A stretch of 64,000 nt of DNA from Nemertoderma westbladi (taxonomy: Eukaryota; Animalia; Xenacoelomorpha), in assembly GCA_032718475.1 (NCBI GenBank), contig JAUCBJ010007484.1, positions 62,001 to 126,000 on the forward strand, written 5' to 3'. The translations under genes and the position numbers were made by a program. Under the pieces are notes generated by a model that did no database searches, was not told the DNA's origin, and saw only the letters and a list, made by a program, of their open reading frames with translations. Numbering within the stretch: the first letter of the stretch is position 1; every line of letters begins with the position of its first letter. Positions 43,949 through 54,500 of the stretch are shown one piece after another.

Positions 43949-44045
43949 GGTCTGGTAGCTCAGTACAGTCACCCGGCTGATGATAACCAGAAGTTTGAAA
44001 CCTAGGTACCGGGTTCGAGCCCCAATAGGGCCGGTTGATATTTTT
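43949..44045 (+). promoter_or_regulatory. tRNA-like internal Pol III promoter (A box, B box) with T5 terminator, enclosing the hammerhead; repeated in all five units (+371, +3719, +4090, +4461)
   Basis: A-box-like TAGCTCAGT (43956-43964); B box GGTTCGAGCCC (44012-44022); acceptor-like stem GGTCTGG (43949-43955)/TAGGGCC (44026-44032) at tRNA spacing; TTTTT at 44041-44045. Confidence 0.62.
43971..44014 (+). ncRNA. Type I hammerhead ribozyme, copy 1
   Basis: Stem I ACCCGG/CCGGGT; core CTGATGA (43977-43983); stem II AAC/GTT with loop CAGAA and a U-U closing mismatch; GAAA (43997-44000); palindromic stem III ACCTAGGT; GTA triplet with predicted cleavage after 44008. Confidence 0.88.
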
Positions 44046-44341
44046 CGCTATGGAGAGCATTATCATATTGTCCTATCTACATTATATATTTAATTCACCG
44101 TCACTCACCCCACAACAATTCATTTATTATTATTAATTAACAGCCTGGGCCAGGCATTACGGGGTTACAGTGGTTTCTACAACACTGTATAATAGTTATT
44201 CTTTGAGGCATGGTTGCCATTTCTGGCAGAGCACGGGAATAACGAACGAACTTGTACTTTCCTTTGAGTGATTAGTTGGCCTAAATATGATCTCCCACTC
44301 CACAGCGAAATATTCATCCGGTCTGGTAGCTCAGTACAGTC

Positions 44342-44385
44342 ACCCGGCTGATGATAACCAGAAGTTTGAAACCTAGGTACCGGGT
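44342..44385 (+). ncRNA. Type I hammerhead ribozyme, copy 2
   Basis: Same sequence as copy 1 (ACCCGGCTGATGATAACCAGAAGTTTGAAACCTAGGTACCGGGT), offset +371. Confidence 0.88.
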
Positions 44386-44457
44386 TCGAGCCCCAATAGG
44401 GCCGGTTGATATTTTTCGCTATGGAGAGCATTATCATATTGTCCTATCTACATTATA

Positions 44458-47400
44458 GGTTGTAGGATGTATGTTAGAGTGTAGGCTTTAGAACCATAAC
44501 AAGGTAAATGATTGTAGGAAGTATGTTTGAGTGTAGACTTTAGAACCATAACAGGATGTATGATTGTAGGATGTATGTTTGAGTGTAGACTTTAGAACCA
44601 TAACAGGGTGTATGATTGTAGGATGTATGTTAGAGTGTAGACTTTAGAACCATAACAGGGTGTATGATTGTAGGATGTAGTATGTTTGAGTGTAGACTTT
44701 AGAACCATAACAGGGTGTATGATTGTAGGAAGTATGTTTGAGTGTAGACTTTAGAACCATAACAGGGTGTATGATTGTAGGATGTAGTATGTTTGAGTGT
44801 AGTCTTTAGAACCATAACAGGGTGTATGATTGTAGGATGTATGTTTGAGTGTAGACTTTAGAACCATAACAAGGTAAATGATTGTAGGAAGTATGTTTGA
44901 GTGTAGACTTTAGAACCATAACAGGATGTATGATTGTAGGATGTATGTTTGAGTGTAGACTTTAGAACCATAACAGGATGTATGATTGTAGGATGTATGT
45001 TTGAGTGTAGACTTTAGAACCATAACAAGGTAAATGATTGTAGGAAGTATGTTTGAGTGTAGACTTTAGAACCATAACAGGATGTATGATTGTAGGATGT
45101 ATGTTTGAGTGTAGACTTTAGAACCATAACAAGGTAAATGATTGTAGGAAGTATGTTTGAGTGTAGACTTTAGAACCATAACAGGATGTATGATTGTAGG
45201 ATGTATGTTTGAGTGTAGACTTTAGAACCATAACAAGGTAAATGATTGTAGGAAGTATGTTTGAGTGTAGACTTTAGAACCATAACAGGATGTATGATTG
45301 TAGGATGTATGTTTGAGTGTAGACTTTAGAACCATAACAGGGTGAATGATTGTAGGATGTATGTTTGAGTGTAGACTTTAGAACCATAACAGGGTGTATG
45401 ATTGTAGGAAGTATGTTTGAGTGTAGACTTTAGAACCATAACAGGATGTATGATTGTAGGATGTATGTTTGAGTGTAGACTTTAGAACCATAACAGGATG
45501 TATGATTGTAGGATGTATGTTTGAGTGTAGACTTTAGAACCATAACAGGATGTATGATTGTAGGATGTATGTTTGAGTGTAGACTTTAGAACCATAACAA
45601 GGTAAATGATTGTAGGAAGTATGTTTGAGTGTAGACTTTAGAACCATAACAGGATGTATGATTGTAGGATGTATGTTTGAGTGTAGACTTTAGAACCATA
45701 ACAAGGTAAATGATTGTAGGAAGTATGTTTGAGTGTAGACTTTAGAACCATAACAGGATGTATGATTGTAGGATGTATGTTTGAGTGTAGACTTTAGAAC
45801 CATAACAGGGTGAATGATTGTAGGATGTATGTTTGAGTGTAGACTTTAGAACCATAACAGGGTGTATGATTGTAGGAAGTATGTTTGAGTGTAGACTTTA
45901 GAACCATAACAGGATGTATGATTGTAGGATGTATGTTTGAGTGTAGACTTTAGAACCATAACAGGATGTATGATTGTAGGATGTATGTTTGAGTGTAGAC
46001 TTTAGAACCATAACTGGGTGTATGACTGTAGGATGTATGTTTGAGTGTAGACTTTAGAACCATAACAGGGTGTATGATTGTAGGATGTAGTATGTTTGAG
46101 TGTAGACTTTAGAACCATAACAGGGTGTATGATTGTAGGATGTATGTTTGAGTGTAGTCTTTAGAACCATAACAGGATGTATGATTGTAGGATGTATGTT
46201 TGAGTGTAGACTTTAGAACCATAACAGGGTGTATGATTGTAGGATGTATGTTTGAGTGTAGACTTTAGAACCATAACAGGGTGTATGATTGTAGGATGTA
46301 TGTTTGAGTGTAGTCTTTAGAACCATAACAGGATGTATGATTGTAGGATGTATGTTTGAGTGTAGACTTTAGAACCATAACAGGGTGTATGATTGTAGGA
46401 TGTATGTTTGAGTGTAGACTTTAGAACCATAACAGGGTGTATGATTGTAGGATGTATGTTTGAGTGTAGACTTTAGAACCATAACAGGGTGTATGATTGC
46501 AGATTATAGGATGTATGTTTGAGTGTAGACTTTAGAACCATAACAGGGTGTATGATTGTAGGATGTAGTATGTTTGAGTGTAGACTTTAGAACCATAACA
46601 GGGTGTATGATTGTAGATTGTAGGATGTAGTATGTTTGAGTGTAGACTTTAGAACCATAACAGGGTGTATGATTGTAGGATGTAGTATGTTTGAGTGTAG
46701 ACTTTAGAACCATAACAGGATGTATGATTGTAGATTGTAGGATGTATGTTTGAGTGTAGACTTTAGAACCATAACAGGGTGTATGATTGTAGGATGTAGT
46801 ATGTTTGAGTGTAGACTTTAGAACCATAACAGGATGTATGATTGTAGATTGTAGGATGTATGTTTGAGTGTAGACTTTAGAACCATAACAGGGTGTATGA
46901 TTGTAGATTGTAGGAAGTATGTTTGAGTGTAGACTTTAGAACCATAACAGGGTGTATGATTGTAGATTGTAGGATGTATGTTTGAGTGTAGACTTTAGAA
47001 CCATAACAGGGTGTATGATTGTAGATTGTAGGATGTATGTTTGAGTGTAGACTTTAGAACCATAACAGGGTGTATGATTGTCGATTGTAGGATGTATGTT
47101 TGAGTGTAGACTTTAGAACCATAACAGGGTGTATGATTGTCGATTGTAGGATGTATGTTTGAGTGTAGACTTTAGAACCATAACAGGGTGTATGATTATA
47201 GGATGTATGTTTGAGTGTAGACTTTAGAACCATAACAGGGTGTATGATTGTAGGATGTATGTTTGAGTGTAGACTTTAGAACCATAACAGGGTGTATGAT
47301 TGTAGATTGTAGGATGTATGTTTGAGTGTAGACTTTAGAACCATAACAGGGTGTATGATTGTAGATTGTAGGATGTATGTTTGAGTGTAGACTTTAGAAC

Positions 47401-47478
47401 CATAACAGGGTGTATGATTATAGGATGTATGTTTGAGTGTAGACTTTAGAACCATAACAGGATGAATGGTTGTAGGAT
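44458..47478. repeat. 52-bp satellite, block 2 (between the two insertions)
   Basis: Same monomer and orientation; resumes in register at the duplicated GGTTGTAGGAT. Confidence 0.99.
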
Positions 47479-47689
47479 CAGAACAGAACAGCCTGGGCCA
47501 GGCATTACGGGGTTACAGTGGTTTCTACAACACTGTATAATAGTTATTCTTTGAGGCATGGTTGCCATTTCTGGCAGAGCACGGGAATAACGAACGAACT
47601 TGTACTTTCCTTTGAGTGATTAGTTGGCCTAAATATGATCTCCCACTCCACAGCGAAATATTCATCCGGTCTGGTAGCTCAGTACAGTC

Positions 47690-47733
47690 ACCCGGCTGAT
47701 GATAACCAGAAGTTTGAAACCTAGGTACCGGGT
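47690..47733 (+). ncRNA. Type I hammerhead ribozyme, copy 3
   Basis: Same sequence as copy 1, offset +3719. Confidence 0.88.
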
Positions 47734-48060
47734 TCGAGCCCCAATAGGGCCGGTTGATATTTTTCGCTATGGAGAGCATTATCATATTGTCCTATCTACA
47801 TTATATATTTAATTCACCGTCACTCACCCCACAACAATTCATTTATTATTATTAATTAACAGCCTGGGCCAGGCATTACGGGGTTACAGTGGTTTCTACA
47901 ACACTGTATAATAGTTATTCTTTGAGGCATGGTTGCCATTTCTGGCAGAGCACGGGAATAACGAACGAACTTGTACTTTCCTTTGAGTGATTAGTTGGCC
48001 TAAATATGATCTCCCACTCCACAGCGAAATATTCATCCGGTCTGGTAGCTCAGTACAGTC

Positions 48061-48104
48061 ACCCGGCTGATGATAACCAGAAGTTTGAAACCTAGGTACC
48101 GGGT
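48061..48104 (+). ncRNA. Type I hammerhead ribozyme, copy 4
   Basis: Same sequence as copy 1, offset +4090. Confidence 0.88.
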
Positions 48105-48431
48105 TCGAGCCCCAATAGGGCCGGTTGATATTTTTCGCTATGGAGAGCATTATCATATTGTCCTATCTACATTATATATTTAATTCACCGTCACTCACCC
48201 CACAACAATTCATTTATTATTATTAATTAACAGCCTGGGCCAGGCATTACGGGGTTACAGTGGTTTCTACAACACTGTATAATAGTTATTCTTTGAGGCA
48301 TGGTTGCCATTTCTGGCAGAGCACGGGAATAACGAACGAACTTGTACTTTCCTTTGAGTGATTAGTTGGCCTAAATATGATCTCCCACTCCACAGCGAAA
48401 TATTCATCCGGTCTGGTAGCTCAGTACAGTC

Positions 48432-48475
48432 ACCCGGCTGATGATAACCAGAAGTTTGAAACCTAGGTACCGGGT
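48432..48475 (+). ncRNA. Type I hammerhead ribozyme, copy 5
   Basis: Same sequence as copy 1, offset +4461. Confidence 0.88.
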
Positions 48476-48547
48476 TCGAGCCCCAATAGGGCCGGTTGAT
48501 ATTTTTCGCTATGGAGAGCATTATCATATTGTCCTATCTACATTATA

Positions 48548-51500
48548 GGTTGTAGGATGTATGTTAGAGTGTAGGCTTTAGAACCATAACAAGGTAAATG
48601 ATTGTAGGAAGTATGTTTGAGTGTAGACTTTAGAACCATAACAGGATGTATGATTGTAGGATGTATGTTTGAGTGTAGACTTTAGAACCATAACAGGATG
48701 TATGATTGTAGGATGTATGTTTGAGTGTAGACTTTAGAACCATAACAAGGTAAATGATTGTAGGAAGTATGTTTGAGTGTAGACTTTAGAACCATAACAG
48801 GATGTATGATTGTAGGATGTATGTTTGAGTGTAGACTTTAGAACCATAACAGGATGTATGATTGTAGGATGTATGTTTGAGTGTAGACTTTAGAACCATA
48901 ACAAGGTAAATGATTGTAGGAAGTATGTTTGAGTGTAGACTTTAGAACCATAACAGGATGTATGATTGTAGGAAGTATGTTTGAGTGTAGACTTTAGAAC
49001 CATAACAAGGTAAATGATTGTAGGAAGTATGTTTGAGTGTAGACTTTAGAACCATAACAGGATGTATGATTGTAGGATGTATGTTTGAGTGTAGACTTTA
49101 GAACCATAACAGGATGTATGATTGTAGGATGTATGTTTGAGTGTAGACTTTAGAACCATAACAAGGTAAATGATTGTAGGAAGTATGTTTGAGTGTAGAC
49201 TTTAGAACCATAACAGGATGTATGATTGTAGGATGTATGTTTGAGTGTAGACTTTAGAACCATAACAAGGTAAATGATTGTAGGAAGTATGTTTGAGTGT
49301 AGACTTTAGAACCATAACAGGGTGTATGATTGTAGGATGTATGTTTGAGTGTAGACTTTAGAACCATAACAGGATGTATGATTGTAGGAAGTATGTTTGA
49401 GTGTAGACTTTAGAACCATAACAGGATGTATGATTGTAGGAAGTATGTTTGAGTGTAGACTTTAGAACCATAACAGGATGAATGATTGTAGGAAGTATGT
49501 TTGAGTGTAGACTTTAGAACCATAACAGGATGTATGATTGTAGGAAGTATGTTTGAGTGTAGACTTTAGAACCATAACAGGGTAAATGATTGTAGGATGT
49601 ATGTTTGAGTGTAGACTTTAGAACCATAACAGGGTGTATGATTGTAGGATGTATGTTTGAGTGTAGACTTTAGAACCATAACAGGGTGTATGATTGTAGG
49701 ATGTAGTATGTTTGAGTGTAGACTTTAGAACCATAACAGGGTGTATGATTGTAGGAAGTATGTTTGAGTGTAGACTTTAGAACCATAACAGGATGTATGA
49801 TTGTAGGAAGTATGTTTGAGTGTAGACTTTAGAACCATAACAGGATGAATGATTGTAGGAAGTATGTTTGAGTGTAGACTTTAGAACCATAACAGGATGT
49901 ATGATTGTAGGAAGTATGTTTGAGTGTAGACTTTAGAACCATAACAGGATGTATGATTGTAGGAAGTATGTTTGAGTGTAGACTTTAGAACCATAACAGG
50001 GTGTATGATTGTAGATTGTAGGATGTATGTTTGAGTGTAGTCTTTAGAACCATAACAGGATGTATGATTGTAGGAAGTATGTTTGAGTGTAGACTTTAGA
50101 ACCATAACAGGGTGTATGATTGTAGATTGTAGGATGTATGTTTGAGTGTAGTCTTTAGAACCATAACAGGGTGTATGATTGTAGGATGTATGTTTGAGTG
50201 TAGACTTTAGAACCATAACAGGATGTATGATTGTAGGAAGTATGTTTGAGTGTAGACTTTAGAACCATAACAGGATGTATGATTGTAGGAAGTATGTTTG
50301 AGTGTAGACTTTAGAACCATAACAGGATGTATGATTGTAGGAAGTATGTTTGAGTGTAGACTTTAGAACCATAACAGGGTAAATGATTGTAGGATGTATG
50401 TTTGAGTGTAGACTTTAGAACCATAACAGGGTGTATGATTGTAGATTGTAGAATGTATGTTTGAGTGTAGACTTTAGAACCATAACAGGGTGTATGATTG
50501 TAGGATGTAGTATGTTTGAGTGTAGACTTTAGAACCATAACAGGGTGTATGATTGTAGATTGTAGGATGTATGTTTGAGTGTAGACTTTAGAACCATAAC
50601 AGGGTGTATGATTGTAGGATGTATGTTTGAGTGTAGACATTAGAACCATAACAGGGTGTATGATTGTAGATTGTAGGATGTATGTTTGAGTGTAGACTTT
50701 AGAACCATAACAGGGTGTATGATTGTAGGATGTATGTTTGAGTGTAGTCTTTAGAACCATAACAGGGTGTATGATTGTAGATTGTAGAATGTATGTTTGA
50801 GTGTAGACTTTAGAACCATAACAGGGTGTATGATTGTAGGATGTAGTATGTTTGAGTGTAGACTTTAGAACCATAACAGGGTGTATGATTGTAGATTGTA
50901 GGATGTATGTTTGAGTGTAGACTTTAGAACCATAACAGGGTGTATGATTGTAGGATGTATGTTTGAGTGTAGACATTAGAACCATAACAGGGTGTATGAT
51001 TGTAGATTGTAGGATGTATGTTTGAGTGTAGACTTTAGAACCATAACAGGGTAAATGATTGTAGGATGTATGTTTGAGTGTAGACTTTAGAACCATACCA
51101 GGGTGTATGATTGTAGGATGTATGTTTGAGTGTAGACTTTAGAACCATAACAGGGTGTATGATTGTAGATTGTAGGATGTATGTTTGAGTGTAGTCTTTA
51201 GAACCATAACAGGGTGTATGATTGTAGATTGTAGGATGTATGTTTGAGTGTAGACTTTAGAACCATAACAGGGTAAATGATTGTAGGATGTATGTTTGAG
51301 TGTAGACTTTAGAACCATACCAGGGTGTATGATTGTAGGATGTATGTTTGAGTGTAGACTTTAGAACCATAACAGGGTGTATGATTGTAGGATGTAGTAT
51401 GTTTGAGTGTAGACTTTAGAACCATAACAGGGTGTATGATTGTAGGATGTATGTTTGAGTGTAGACTTTAGAACCATAACAGGGTGTATGATTGTAGATT

Positions 51501-54500
51501 GTAGGATGTATGTTTGAGTGTAGACTTTAGAACCATAACAGGGTAAATGATTGTAGGATGTATGTTTGAGTGTAGACTTTAGAACCATACCAGGGTGTAT
51601 GATTGTAGGATGTATGTTTGAGTGTAGACTTTAGAACCATAACAGGGTGTATGATTGTAGATTGTAGGATGTATGTTTGAGTGTAGTCTTTAGAACCATA
51701 ACAGGGTGTATGATTGTAGGAAGTATGTTTGAGTGTAGACTTTAGAACCATAACAGGATGAATGATTGTAGGAAGTATGTTTGAGTGTAGACTTTAGAAC
51801 CATAACAGGATGTATGATTGTAGGAAGTATGTTTGAGTGTAGACTTTAGAACCATAACAGGGTGTATGATTGTAGGAAGTAGTATGTTTGAGTGTAGACT
51901 TTAGAACCATAACAGGATGAATGATTGTAGTAAGTATGTTTGAGTGTAGACTTTAGAACCATAACAGGATGTATGATTGTAGGATGTATGTTTGAGTGTA
52001 GTCTTTAGAACCATAACAGGGTGTATGATTGTAGGAAGTATGTTTGAGTGTAGACTTTAGAACCATAACAGGATGAATGATTGTAGTAAGTATGTTTGAG
52101 TGTAGACTTTAGAACCATAACAGGATGTATGATTGTAGGAAGTATGTTTGAGTGTAGACTTTAGAACCATAACAGGATGAATGATTGTAGTAAGTATGTT
52201 TGAGTGTAGACTTTAGAACCATAACAGGGTGTATGATTGTAGGAAGTAGTATGTTTGAGTGTAGACTTTAGAACCATAACAGGATGAATGATTGTAGTAA
52301 GTATGTTTGAGTGTAGACTTTAGAACCATAACAGGGTGTATGATTGTAGATTGTAGGATGTATGTTTGAGTGTAGACTTTAGAACCATAACAGGGTGTAT
52401 GATTGTAGATTGTAGGATGTATGTTTGAGTGTAGACTTTAGAACCATAACAGGGTGTATGATTGTAGATTGTAGGATGTATGTTTGAGTGTAGACTTTAG
52501 AACCATAACAGGGTGTATGATTGTCGATTGTAGGATGTATGTTTGAGTGTAGACTTTAGAACCATAACAGGGTGTATGATTGTCGATTGTAGGATGTATG
52601 TTTGAGTGTAGACTTTAGAACCATAACAGGGTGTATGATTGTAGATTGTAGGATGTATGTTTGAGTGTAGACTTTAGAACCATAACAGGGTGTATGATTA
52701 TAGGATGTATGTTTGAGTGTAGACTTTAGAACCATAACAGGGTGTATGATTGTCGATTGTAGGATGTATGTTTGAGTGTAGACTTTAGAACCATAACAGG
52801 GTGTATGATTGTAGATTGTAGGATGTATGTTTGAGTGTAGACTTTAGAACCATAACAGGGTGTATGATTATAGGATGTATGTTTGAGTGTAGACTTTAGA
52901 ACCATAACAGGGTGTATGATTGTAGATTGTAGGATGTATGTTTGAGTGTAGACTTTAGAACCATAACAGGGTGTATGATTATAGGATGTATGTTTGAGTG
53001 TAGACTTTAGAACCATAACAGGATGAATGATTGTAGTAAGTATGTTTGAGTGTAGACTTTAGAACCATAACAGGGTGTATGATTATAGGATGTATGTTTG
53101 AGTGTAGACTTTAGAACCATAACAGGGTGTATGATTGTAGATTGTAGGATGTATGTTTGAGTGTAGACTTTAGAACCATAACAGGGTGTATGATTATAGG
53201 ATGTATGTTTGAGTGTAGACTTTAGAACCATAACAGGATGAATGATTGTAGTAAGTATGTTTGAGTGTAGACTTTAGAACCATAACAGGGTGTATGATTG
53301 TAGATTGTAGGATGTATGTTTGAGTGTAGACTTTAGAACCATAACAGGGTGTATGATTGTAGATTGTAGGATGTATGTTTGAGTGTAGACTTTAGAACCA
53401 TAACAGGGTGTATGATTGTAGATTGTAGGATGTATGTTTGAGTGTAGACTTTAGAACCATAACAGGGTGTATGATTGTCGATTGTAGGATGTATGTTTGA
53501 GTGTAGACTTTAGAACCATAACAGGGTGTATGATTGTCGATTGTAGGATGTATGTTTGAGTGTAGACTTTAGAACCATAACAGGGTGTATGATTGTAGAT
53601 TGTAGGATGTATGTTTGAGTGTAGACTTTAGAACCATAACAGGGTGTATGATTATAGGATGTATGTTTGAGTGTAGACTTTAGAACCATAACAGGGTGTA
53701 TGATTGTCGATTGTAGGATGTATGTTTGAGTGTAGACTTTAGAACCATAACAGGGTGTATGATTGTAGATTGTAGGATGTATGTTTGAGTGTAGACTTTA
53801 GAACCATAACAGGGTGTATGATTATAGGATGTATGTTTGAGTGTAGACTTTAGAACCATAACAGGGTGTATGATTGTAGGATGTATGTTTGAGTGTAGAC
53901 TTTAGAACCATAACAGGGTGTATGATTGTAGATTGTAGGATGTATGTTTGAGTGTAGACTTTAGAACCATAACAGGGTGTATGATTGTAGGAAGTATGTT
54001 TGAGTGTAGACTTTAGAACAAATAACAGGATGTATGATTGTAGGATGTATGTTTGAGTGTAGACTTTAGAACCATAACAGGGTGTATGATTGTAGGATGT
54101 ATGTTTGAGTTTAGACTTTAGAACCATAACAGGGTGTATGATTGTAGGATGTATGTTTGAGTGTAGACTTTAGAACCATAACAGGGTGTATGATTGTAGA
54201 TTGTAGGATGTATGTTTGTGTGTAGATTTTAGAACCATAACAGGGTGTATGATTGTAGATTGTAGGATGTATGTTTGAGTGTAGACTTTAGAACCATAAC
54301 AGGGTAAATGATTGTAGGATGTATGTTTGAGTGTAGACTTTAGAACCATAACAGGGTAAATGATTGTAGGATGTATGTTTGAGTGTAGACTTTAGAACCA
54401 TAACAGGGTGTATGATTGTAGATTGTAGGATGTATGTTTGAGTGTAGACTTTAGAACCATAACAGGGTGTATGATTGTAGATTGTAGGATGTATGTTTGA

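Larger units (their letters stand above)
43760..44457 (+). mobile_element. Non-LTR retrozyme-like insertion A: 371-bp hammerhead-containing unit x1.86
   Basis: 8-nt filler CAGAACAG, full unit 43768-44138, partial unit 44139-44457. Flanked by direct repeat GGTTGTAGGAT (43749-43759 and 44458-44468). Each unit contains a type I hammerhead. No credible ORF. Confidence 0.88.
47479..48547 (+). mobile_element. Non-LTR retrozyme-like insertion B: 371-bp unit x2.86
   Basis: Same junctions as insertion A. Units start at 47487, 47858 and 48229 (last partial, ending 48547). TSD GGTTGTAGGAT at 47468-47478 and 48548-48558. Confidence 0.88.

Noticed and set aside
43949-44033. Functional tRNA gene
   Set aside because: The D stem is not closed, the T stem has only 3 bp, and the anticodon arm is replaced by the hammerhead; tRNA-derived at most.
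43806-44066. 86-aa ORF repeated five times on the minus strand of the 371-bp unit
   Set aside because: It is antisense to the ribozyme/tRNA-like region (GSNP is the reverse B box), has no recognisable domain, and its identity simply reflects repeat identity.
43768-44138. Second hammerhead on the minus strand (ambisense viroid-like replicon)
   Set aside because: No TCNTCAG on + (CTGANGA on -) found by eye; other ribozyme classes were not excluded.
44087-44138. The part of the unit missing from the last copy is 52 bp, equal to the satellite monomer length
   Set aside because: No sequence similarity to the monomer, and total inserted length is not a multiple of 52; treated as coincidence.
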